From Candidatus Saccharimonadota bacterium (lineage in GTDB: Archaea; Micrarchaeota; Micrarchaeia; Micrarchaeales; Micrarchaeaceae), in NCBI RefSeq assembly GCF_002214165.1, contig NZ_CP019964.1, forward strand, positions 660,001-692,000: a stretch of 32,000 bases of DNA, given 5' to 3'. The notes beneath the pieces are model-generated. The model was not told the origin of the DNA. It saw nothing but the letters and a program-made list of their open reading frames with translations, and searched no databases. Shown in pieces: positions 24,459 to 32,000 of this stretch (positions are counted from its first letter, which is position 1; every line of letters begins with the position of its first letter). Both the position numbers and the translations under genes were made by a program.

Positions 24459-26165
24459 TTAAGATATCCCCTTTTTCCTTGCAAATGTGAATCCGTCCAT
24501 GAATAGGTACTTGGAATTTGAGACCAGCATTGTATAAATTGCGTCTTCAGGTGACAGGGCTATTGGCCTCAGGCTCAAGTTCATTCCAGTATTTAGCACA
24601 GATCCATATCCAGAAAGATTCTTTAAGTGCTTGAGCAGATGCTCGAAATTTTGATTTTCGTCTGAGACTGTTTGGGTGTCCACACTGCCGTCAAGCCTCA
24701 TCACTGAATGCATCGCCTGCTTTGCATCCTCGTTTACATAATGCGCTATATTCATAAAATCCCGTCCTTCCCCATTTTTATAATCAATTAGGTAGGGAGC
24801 GTCTTCTGAAAGCAGTGACGCTCCGTAATTATGGAAAAGCCCTTCCCTTTTGATATATTTGTCCATCCTTCCCTTTGATAGGTCATTGTTGGTTGAAGAT
24901 AAAATGCTCCTGTTCCCTAACCCAAATCTTGAGTATTCGGATCTTCCCTGGAACCAAAGTATATAATTTCCCTCTTCTATAAGCTCGGCTGCGTGCTCGG
25001 CCTGGTCCCTTGGATTCTCCCTCTCTGGCTTTAGCCTATTAGACTTTGCCGCATTGCTAATTTCATCTTCACCATATGACTCACCCAAGTAAGGGGTGAA
25101 ATTGTATTGGCAAATTCCGTTCAGCTTGTAATTCAGGTACATGGCAGAACCTAGAGCCAATCCACCCTTGCTCGGATATGGGGATACATGCAGCCTGCCA
25201 ATATTCTCCAAATTTGCAATGCTATAATTCAGCTTTGTGTTGGATGCCATTTCTCCCCCTATTGCAACATCCTTAACGCCATACCTGTCTATTACACTGG
25301 CAGCAAACTTTGAAAATAAGTATTCTATCTCCTGCTGGACCATATAGGAAAATCTTTCCGGTGGGTATTTCCAAGCTATTTCCCTAAGCAACTTATATTC
25401 CTTTATAGGGCCGTACCTGCCATGCATGTATGTGCCGTCCACATCCAAGAGGCCTTTGATTACATTGTCGTTCATACTATATGGATATGAATATACAGAC
25501 ATTTCCATCAAACGCTTTGCGTTTGGATCTCCATGTATCCCAATTATTGAGCTTGCCTGCGAGTAAATCCGACCGACTGAGTCCTTTGACTTGATATTGA
25601 TCTGGCTCTCCAGCTTGCCCTTCTTGAAGGTTGATACCATACCGGACAAGCTACCCCCAGTTAGGTCCATGGTAATTACTAAGGAGTCACTAAATGGTGA
25701 GGTAAATGCTGACAGTGCTGATTCCGCCATCTGGCTGTTTACTTCGTGTAAGTTGAAGTCCTTAAATCCCAGAGCATTTAGGTTTCTGTAAACATTTTTC
25801 TTTCCAAGATATCTGCATAAAGGCGAGACTCCTGCATCCTCCGATATGTATCCTATTTTACGCTTAAAATGTTCAAAATTAGGGCTCCCGTAGTTACCTA
25901 TTTCATAATTATATATTTTCTCGTTTAGCCTCTTTGAGATCCTCCTTGCATTTCCTTTGGTATCCGTGCTGCAAAATGCAATTTCGTTCACATCTGAAGG
26001 CTTTATTTTTGCATACTTCAAGGCTGCTTTGATGGAATTGCTTGGGAAAGTCGGTTCGAGTAGAGTTCCTGTAAATCTCTCTTCATTCGATGCATAGATT
26101 ATTTGCTCATTGTCGATTAGAGCTGATCCAGAGTCTGTCCCATCCCAAATTCCTAATACATACAT
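24459..26165 (-). CDS. carbamoyltransferase, NodU/CmcH family (COG2192)
   Basis: MYVLGIWDGTDSGSALIDNEQIIYASNEERFTG is the typical N-terminal ASKHA/Kae1-like domain start. 568 aa. The C-terminal carbamoyltransferase domain ends in LNTGMNL....P. Confidence 0.85.
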   Translation of the reverse strand: MYVLGIWDGTDSGSALIDNEQIIYASNEERFTGTLLEPTFPSNSIKAALKYAKIKPSDVNEIAFCSTDTKGNARRISKRLNEKIYNYEIGNYGSPNFEHFKRKIGYISEDAGVSPLCRYLGKKNVYRNLNALGFKDFNLHEVNSQMAESALSAFTSPFSDSLVITMDLTGGSLSGMVSTFKKGKLESQINIKSKDSVGRIYSQASSIIGIHGDPNAKRLMEMSVYSYPYSMNDNVIKGLLDVDGTYMHGRYGPIKEYKLLREIAWKYPPERFSYMVQQEIEYLFSKFAASVIDRYGVKDVAIGGEMASNTKLNYSIANLENIGRLHVSPYPSKGGLALGSAMYLNYKLNGICQYNFTPYLGESYGEDEISNAAKSNRLKPERENPRDQAEHAAELIEEGNYILWFQGRSEYSRFGLGNRSILSSTNNDLSKGRMDKYIKREGLFHNYGASLLSEDAPYLIDYKNGEGRDFMNIAHYVNEDAKQAMHSVMRLDGSVDTQTVSDENQNFEHLLKHLKNLSGYGSVLNTGMNLSLRPIALSPEDAIYTMLVSNSKYLFMDGFTFARKKGIS

Positions 26166-26265
26166 TGAACTCCTTATTAAACTTAATACAATATAAAATA
26201 TTATACCAAAAAATAAGCCGCTAAGTAATTGTTTTGTAAGCTCTCAATTTCCATTAAGAAAAATA

Positions 26266-26273
26266 TTTAAATA
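26266..26273 (+). promoter_or_regulatory. TATA box (TTTAAATA) of the membrane-protein operon
   Basis: Exact TTTAAATA octamer 17 nt before ATG 26290 and 38 nt before ATG 26311 (the latter preceded by AGGT). Confidence 0.45.
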
Positions 26274-26289
26274 TACTCTTTTAATTAGT

Positions 26290-26694
26290 ATGTTAAGCAA
26301 AGGTAATAATATGGGACACAATGTAATTTCGTTTGTATCTGCACAGCAGGACAAAATTAGACTTTTGGCGCTTTTGGGGGCAGTAATTTTTGGGTTTGCT
26401 TCAATGACAGCAGGAGCTACCTCATATTCAAATGTAACTAATACTATATGTGGTGTTTACACAGAGATAAAGACAATAGTGTTCATACTTGGTTTGGTGC
26501 TGGTTATATTGGGAGCTATAATGTATGCGGTAGGGCACGTACTGCCAGCCACTTCAAGAGGTTCTATACAGGGTTATGGAACGGGAATGATAATGGCAGG
26601 TATAATAGCTGTAATAATAGCAGTTCTAGCACCATACATATTGAGTACAATAGGTGGCAACGCGTATGCAAATGCAATCGCAAGCTGCAGTTGA
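26290..26694 (+). CDS. small exported membrane protein: signal peptide plus two hydrophobic helices; VirB2/TrbC-pilin-like architecture (tentative)
   Basis: KIRLLALLGAVIFGFASMTAGA is signal-peptide-like. Helix 1 is IKTIVFILGLVLVILGAIMYAVG, the polar loop is HVLPATSRGSIQGYG, and helix 2 is TGMIMAGIIAVIIAVLAPYIL. Alternative start ATG 26311. Confidence 0.5.
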   Translation: MLSKGNNMGHNVISFVSAQQDKIRLLALLGAVIFGFASMTAGATSYSNVTNTICGVYTEIKTIVFILGLVLVILGAIMYAVGHVLPATSRGSIQGYGTGMIMAGIIAVIIAVLAPYILSTIGGNAYANAIASCS

Positions 26695-26769
26695 ACTTGA
26701 TATTGTTTGGATATTGCCTTCATGGCTTGCCCTTAACCTTTTGGGTTAAGGACTAATCAGGGTTGTTTT

Positions 26770-27501
26770 ATGGATTACAGATTTTGGAATTACTCCTTAA
26801 AAGTTTATAGAAGCAATTTCAAGCTGTTCTTATTCTTTTCTATCGCATTTCTCATTGCTTTTTTAATACCATTATTCGCTTCGGTGCCCGCGTACAGCGA
26901 CTTGGGATCAATTTACCTTAGGTCATCAAGCGTTTACTTTGGAAGCAGCATATTGGGTTTTATTGTCATAATAATTTCCACTCTATTCTCCCTCTTGTTT
27001 CTGAGCTTTGCAATAGTATCAATAAATTTGATAGTCAAGCAGCAGAGGACCTCGGTTAAACTTAGCAGCAAGATGTTGAAGGGAATAGAGGTTTACATAT
27101 CAAGGGTGTTTGTTCTGCTTTTGATATTTACATTTGTAATAATGGGAGTAAACCTTTCTATGTATGGATCGGGATTTGATGGTATAGCCACGGCTGTTGC
27201 CATACTCATATTGACACCTTTCTTCATATATACGCCATCCAGCATTGTAATAGAGGACAGGAAAGTTATTAACGCGATACTTTTCGGGTCAAGGTTCCTG
27301 TTCAAGAAATTCGGATACTTCCTTATTTTTCTGGTTTTCGGAATAGTTAGCTTATCTGTTGTAGGGTTTGTCTTTGACCTTATACCAAATCCCGTAATTT
27401 CAGGATACATGCAGTTAATAGTAGACTCTTTATTTGTACTTCCATTTTTAGTATTGCTGCTTTCGGAGATGTATATAAGCAAATTTGCAATGCTAAAATG
27501 A
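26770..27501 (+). CDS. polytopic membrane protein (about 6 TM), unknown family
   Basis: 243 aa with six long hydrophobic segments and short basic loops (KQQRTSVK, EDRKV, LFKKFG). No catalytic motif recognised. Confidence 0.6.
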   Translation: MDYRFWNYSLKVYRSNFKLFLFFSIAFLIAFLIPLFASVPAYSDLGSIYLRSSSVYFGSSILGFIVIIISTLFSLLFLSFAIVSINLIVKQQRTSVKLSSKMLKGIEVYISRVFVLLLIFTFVIMGVNLSMYGSGFDGIATAVAILILTPFFIYTPSSIVIEDRKVINAILFGSRFLFKKFGYFLIFLVFGIVSLSVVGFVFDLIPNPVISGYMQLIVDSLFVLPFLVLLLSEMYISKFAMLK

Positions 27502-27547
27502 TAACCTTTAATATTTTTATATTTTATACTAAATTGCATTTGTTATA

Positions 27548-28906
27548 TTGGAGACTGTGGTGCCTGTGAAAAGACTCTATTTAATTTCACTCGTTTTGGC
27601 ATTTATGCTACTTCTGAGTTATAGCGGCGCTGCGCCTACTTCATCTACTGGGTCTAGGTGCATAGTCACAGGCACATCAATACCCCTGGGCCAGTGCGTT
27701 CTTTCAAGTTTCCCTATCGCACTTCTTGGAATTGGCATCTCACTGCTTATAATAGCAATCGCCTTTATGGTAAATGCCATATTTAACCTGAAAGGGCTGA
27801 AAGCTTGGTATGTTGGTGAGCTTTGGGAAGTCACAAAGAGCATGATTGTCATAATCGTGGTTTTCACAGCAATACTCCTATTAAGCTCTATAGCTATATT
27901 GAGCGTTCCCTCAACCAGCACGTGTGTTAACAGCTACGCACCTACCTCATCCATAAGCAATAATCTTGGAGGTTTGTATGGATTGAGCGATTGCTACTTG
28001 GGCGAGGAGTTCAATGATGTAAATACCTCTTTTTACGGTCTGTTCGGATTGAGCATGGGATTGGGTTCCGTCAAAAGCTTGCAGGTTGTTACCTTTATAC
28101 CAATCCCTCTACCTGTTGTCTTTCAGATGGGCAGCATGGCGAACCTTTATGTCAGCAATATAATAGACCATACCTCATTGGCTTTGTTCTCTTTTATAAA
28201 GGATTTGATGGAATTCCTGGTACTTCCATTATACATCATACTTAGGATAATACAGTACGGTTCAGGGGAGTCCCTTTTCATGTTGGGTTTGGCAATATTC
28301 CTTCCGATAGGCATAATACTCCGGGCATTCCCCACTTTGAGAGGCATTGGTGGGGAATTGATAGGTATTGGCATTGGCATTGGGTTGGTATTGCCTATAT
28401 TGCTTTTGTTTATCAACCAGCCGATAACTTCGTACATAGCACCTATAACCACGTTCCCGTCTATAACTGGGACGCTTAGTTCGGAATTCTCATTATCGAC
28501 CAGCTCAGCAGGCTCTCTGTTGGGTAGTTTGTCAGGGGATATAATAGCTGCGGCAGTAAATGTCTTTGCACTGCAGGAGCTTACTTTAACAGCACCGGTA
28601 ACCGTAAGCCTTGGATTGTCAAGTTCAACGAGTTATATAACTACGTGCTTAAGCGTTAGTGGATGCACTTCTACTTTTGATCCCGCTTACGCTTTTATAT
28701 ATGGTTTTTATATAGGGATAGTAAACTTGGCCACCCCTTCGGTATATCCAATATGGAATTTCTTGATGGATATATCACTTCCTATTTTATTGTTTTACCT
28801 TTTATTAATATTGGATTTGATATTGACTATAATAATATCAGATTCAATAGCAAGATTTTTAGGAGGAAGAGTAAGATTAGGTATAGGAAAATTCAAGATA
28901 GCGTAG
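27548..28906 (+). CDS. large polytopic membrane protein, paralog 1 of a tandem family (signal peptide present)
   Basis: Shares three motif blocks with the next genes (see findings). S/T/Cys-rich predicted exoloops. GGAG at 27550-27553 suggests the true start is GTG 27557/27560 rather than TTG 27548. Confidence 0.7.
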   Translation: METVVPVKRLYLISLVLAFMLLLSYSGAAPTSSTGSRCIVTGTSIPLGQCVLSSFPIALLGIGISLLIIAIAFMVNAIFNLKGLKAWYVGELWEVTKSMIVIIVVFTAILLLSSIAILSVPSTSTCVNSYAPTSSISNNLGGLYGLSDCYLGEEFNDVNTSFYGLFGLSMGLGSVKSLQVVTFIPIPLPVVFQMGSMANLYVSNIIDHTSLALFSFIKDLMEFLVLPLYIILRIIQYGSGESLFMLGLAIFLPIGIILRAFPTLRGIGGELIGIGIGIGLVLPILLLFINQPITSYIAPITTFPSITGTLSSEFSLSTSSAGSLLGSLSGDIIAAAVNVFALQELTLTAPVTVSLGLSSSTSYITTCLSVSGCTSTFDPAYAFIYGFYIGIVNLATPSVYPIWNFLMDISLPILLFYLLLILDLILTIIISDSIARFLGGRVRLGIGKFKIA

Positions 28907-28913
28907 TGTTATT

Positions 28914-30071
28914 ATGAGTGTTGCAGTAAATTCGTGCCAGCTTTTCGGTGGGTCTAGCTATGTAACCGGATGGCTTGGAATGATATACCTTGTAATGGGG
29001 GTATCAATATTCATAATAGTTGTAGTTTACATCGTCAGCAAGCTTCTTACTTCATCACTTAATGCTAAATTGACTGCAGTGGTAAAATCAGAAATAATGC
29101 AGGTATTTTTAGTCGCAATAATAATACTTATATTGATGTCGTTCTTAGAAACATCCTGCAGCCTTACTACAGGAGTAAGCAAAAGCTTGACAGGTATGGA
29201 TTTGACGCCATTCCAATTCTCCAGTTATTATCTGGGAAATTTGGCATTTGGTAGGGGAATAGATATACTTGAACAAGTATATACATATGCTATAACTTAT
29301 GCTATAGATTCCAGGATTTGGGGGATTATAGGCACTCTTACAAGCCTTACTTCGCCTGACATACCTTTAGGTAGCCTAGTCAAAGTCAGCTTTCCTATAG
29401 GCGGGGATTTGGGGGGCATGTATTCCATAATCTCCGATGGGTACATTGCAATCCTTGCTCCTATATTGGTAATCTCAATCGGAATGCTCCAGCTGCAGTG
29501 GCTGGCCCTGCCAGTGATAGAGTATACGGCATTTACAGTTATACTGCCAGTAGCCCTGGTACTCAGGATATTCTCGTTCTCTGGTGGAGGATTGAGGCGT
29601 GCATCTAATGACTTCCTTGCTCTAGCGATAGCGATGTACCTGATATACCCATTGATGATTTCGTTCGATGCATATGCAATTAGCTTTATATTCAGCCCTG
29701 CAAACCCTGTTTACAGCTGTACGAACTGCCTTAACACACCGTTTACTGTCAATACTACCAGCTCTGCCGGATTTTTCTCTAGTATATACAACTCAACTTC
29801 AACCGCGTCTTCAACAGGGTTTTCGGTCACTAGTCCGTCTATAAATACGTTGCTTAGCACGACCATTCTCTCAAGCTATGCTTCCTCCCTTTTCCCTCCT
29901 GAAGCGATAGTTGAATTCAACTCGATAATATCAGAGATGGGCCAGTATATTTTCACTGCCCTGTTCATGTTTGGCATTGACATAGTTGTGACGGTGGCAT
30001 TTGCGATGGGATTGTCAAGAGGATTAAATTCCGGAATAGAGGGCGCTGCGTCGTTCTGGTCAGGAATATGA
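28914..30071 (+). CDS. large polytopic membrane protein, paralog 2
   Basis: Lies 7 nt after paralog 1. Shared motifs KSEIMQV, ILPVALVLRIFSFSGGG and a Gly-rich C-terminal tail. Confidence 0.7.
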   Translation: MSVAVNSCQLFGGSSYVTGWLGMIYLVMGVSIFIIVVVYIVSKLLTSSLNAKLTAVVKSEIMQVFLVAIIILILMSFLETSCSLTTGVSKSLTGMDLTPFQFSSYYLGNLAFGRGIDILEQVYTYAITYAIDSRIWGIIGTLTSLTSPDIPLGSLVKVSFPIGGDLGGMYSIISDGYIAILAPILVISIGMLQLQWLALPVIEYTAFTVILPVALVLRIFSFSGGGLRRASNDFLALAIAMYLIYPLMISFDAYAISFIFSPANPVYSCTNCLNTPFTVNTTSSAGFFSSIYNSTSTASSTGFSVTSPSINTLLSTTILSSYASSLFPPEAIVEFNSIISEMGQYIFTALFMFGIDIVVTVAFAMGLSRGLNSGIEGAASFWSGI

Positions 30072-30081
30072 GGTTTAAAAA

Positions 30082-31506
30082 ATGATAGATACAATGCTTG
30101 CGATAACGTCCTTTTCCAATACAAGGACAAACCTTATACCGCTTATAGCCCTGGCTATAGGCCTGGACGCATCGTTTGTGAGCATTTGGTACATATTGGG
30201 CAGCCTGTTGAACAACAACTCGCTCAAGCAATCCGCAATAAACGAGATTTATCAGCTTTTTGGAAACATAATTATAGTAATATTGATAGTATTCCTTCTG
30301 CTCGCGTTCAGCAGCATATTCTACAACTCGCTGCAGGGAACAAAGATGATGAACAGCACCACTATATACAGCATGTGCCAGAACATCAACAGCTCTTCGA
30401 GCCTTTCAATACTAAATCCCAGCGATTCTGGCAGCGGCAGCTCCCTGCTTTATAGCGGCAAGTCGGGAAGTTTCCCTGGCTTATGCGAGATGGTCAAGAA
30501 CCCGACGACGACAACTGAAAAGATAGACTACCCGGTTGCTACTTCAGCTGTGATACTTGCAAATTTGACAAACCAGACTTTTACAAACCTTAACTATCTG
30601 TTCGGTGTCGAGGCTTACATTGGTTTCTTAAGCAAGCTTACACCCACTGATGCAATATGTACAGGTGAAATAGCTCCCCCTGACATAATACCGATTTCAT
30701 GCGTGGTTCCATTTTCAAGCCTTCCTATACTGCTGTTCATAAGATCCCAATATACCCCCTTGTCAGGTTACAGCGCAATTTATTCAGGGCTGGCAACTTT
30801 AGGGGGCTTGATTACTACTGCCATGGAGTCATTCACCGCCCAACTGCTTATAATAGTCTCATTCATTTACGTATGGCCAATACTTCTTTTCTTAGGGCTC
30901 GCATTGAGGTCTGTATTCTTTACTAGAAGGATAGGGGGATTGTTTATAGCGCTAGCCGTTGCATTCATATTATTTTACCCTTCTGTAATGGCCCTTGAGT
31001 ACCTTAGCCTCAACCGTGTGGTTGCTCCGACTGATGTGCTTACAGTAAACAGTACAGTAGTAGGAAGCAATGTCATAGCGCCCGTATACAATTACACCGA
31101 TACCTCTTCAAACAAGTTGGGTAGCTTAGACTTCTTTGTTGAACCCAGCATAAAGAGCGTTGCGCAGTCAACATCCTGCTGGGCGGGGACAGGTTCGGGA
31201 TTGATATTGACAGAGTCTGGGATGATTCTTGAAACCGACTCTGTTTCAAACCTCGTAGATTTATATAAAGTTTTTGACGGTGGATTCGATGGGGATGTTG
31301 GGGCATACTCGTTAGGGCTCGCGACATGCAATGAACAAGGTGCAATAAGCACCCTTTTTGCTTCATTTGATATATATGGAATTATGGGCATAACTGCATA
31401 CCTGCTACCGATATTTAACATAATAATAGTTATTTCCGGAGTAGTTGGACTATCTGGAATGCTCGGAGGGGATACAAATTTGGCTGGATTGAGTAGATTG
31501 TTATGA
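30082..31506 (+). CDS. large polytopic membrane protein, paralog 3
   Basis: GAGGT lies 8 nt upstream of the ATG. Shared motifs LKQSAINEIYQL, VWPILLFLGLALRSVFFTRRIGG and the C-terminal tail SGMLGGDTNLAGLSRLL. Confidence 0.7.
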   Translation: MIDTMLAITSFSNTRTNLIPLIALAIGLDASFVSIWYILGSLLNNNSLKQSAINEIYQLFGNIIIVILIVFLLLAFSSIFYNSLQGTKMMNSTTIYSMCQNINSSSSLSILNPSDSGSGSSLLYSGKSGSFPGLCEMVKNPTTTTEKIDYPVATSAVILANLTNQTFTNLNYLFGVEAYIGFLSKLTPTDAICTGEIAPPDIIPISCVVPFSSLPILLFIRSQYTPLSGYSAIYSGLATLGGLITTAMESFTAQLLIIVSFIYVWPILLFLGLALRSVFFTRRIGGLFIALAVAFILFYPSVMALEYLSLNRVVAPTDVLTVNSTVVGSNVIAPVYNYTDTSSNKLGSLDFFVEPSIKSVAQSTSCWAGTGSGLILTESGMILETDSVSNLVDLYKVFDGGFDGDVGAYSLGLATCNEQGAISTLFASFDIYGIMGITAYLLPIFNIIIVISGVVGLSGMLGGDTNLAGLSRLL

Positions 31507-32000
31507 CAAGATTAAGATTTGCGGCGGTTGGCATTTCGCTGTTCTTAGTGTTATTCATGGAGCTTGGCACCGGATTTGCACCTGCAGCCACAACCAGTTA
31601 TCTGCCAGCCAACCTATGCGGGAGCATGTACAATGTGGCAGGGAATCCAACAGGGTTTGTAAAATATGAGAGCTTGACTGGCTTGTTGGCGATATCGCTC
31701 ATACTTTTGACCATAATGCTTCTCATCACTGGAGTACTGTGGGCATTTGGCGGTCTGCTGGAAATGCCAAAGCTGAAGGAGTCAGCAAGAAGCGAGATTG
31801 GTGAGGTACTACTCACAGGATTGATAGTTGTTATAATTTTAGGCTCGTTTTCGCTGACCAATTTTTCGGCAGGAGATGCCCTTCCCCTATCGAATGGGCT
31901 TTTCAGCTCGCGCATCTATTATGATGACTGCAATGTGATATTTACTGGGGTACAGAAAGGTATATCTGAAGATATAGGGCTTTTGGCTTATGACGATGTG
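31503..32000 (+). CDS. large membrane protein, paralog 4 (N-terminal part; continues beyond the window)
   Basis: Not in the ORF track because there is no stop before the window end. ATGA overlap with paralog 3. Hand translation: MTRLRFAAVGISLFLVLFMELGTGFAPAATTSYLPANLCGS...LKESARSEIGEVLLTGLIVVIIL, carrying the family N-terminal motif. Confidence 0.6.
   Translation, partial: MTRLRFAAVGISLFLVLFMELGTGFAPAATTSYLPANLCGSMYNVAGNPTGFVKYESLTGLLAISLILLTIMLLITGVLWAFGGLLEMPKLKESARSEIGEVLLTGLIVVIILGSFSLTNFSAGDALPLSNGLFSSRIYYDDCNVIFTGVQKGISEDIGLLAYDDV

Noticed and set aside
26448-26756. 102-aa alternative-frame ORF overlapping the pilin-like gene
   Set aside because: The product is Cys/Asn/Arg-rich and non-hydrophobic, and the ORF lies inside a better-supported ORF with signal peptide and helices. 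It also lacks a start context.
1-32000. CRISPR arrays, rRNA genes, IS elements or transposases, integrases, toxin-antitoxin pairs
   Set aside because: No regularly spaced direct repeats, no rRNA-like conserved stretches and no DDE/tyrosine-recombinase-like ORFs were seen on either strand. This absence is judged by eye only.

Overview
AT-rich, tightly packed archaeal chromosomal segment. The archaeal assignment rests on Kae1 and Bud32 as separate genes, a Nop5 homolog, Pelota, ribosomal protein eS26, Sec61-beta/SecG, archaeal-type GlyRS and ArgRS, an Nre-like protein, TTTAAATA TATA boxes, and a tRNA intron with a bulge-helix-bulge motif. The lineage cannot be fixed from this window; low-GC Thermoplasmata or a DPANN/Micrarchaeota-like organism are both plausible. 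The central ~21 kb (5.2-26.2 kb) is mostly housekeeping: Nre, M24 peptidase, kae1-bud32, eS26, glyS-ogg-translin-like, nop5, pelota, dedA, tRNA-Glu, MFS transporter, tRNA-Arg, argS, secG and a carbamoyltransferase. Both window ends carry uncharacterised, membrane-rich operons. (i) nt 1-5199 is a translationally coupled operon with two HerA/VirB4-superfamily ATPases bracketing four small, mostly membrane proteins. (ii) nt 26290 to the window end is an operon with a signal-peptide plus two-helix (VirB2/TrbC-pilin-like) protein, a ~6-TM protein, and at least four tandem paralogous large polytopic membrane proteins sharing motifs I could not assign to any known family. Together they resemble a split, Ced/Ted-like or T4SS-like envelope apparatus; this is inference only. 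Other points: tRNA-Arg(CCU) has a 15-nt intron in the T-loop (59/60) with a textbook BHB motif, lies next to argS, and abuts a downstream mRNA. The Nop5 homolog lacks the fibrillarin-binding N-terminal domain. No CRISPR array, rRNA, transposase or integrase was seen.
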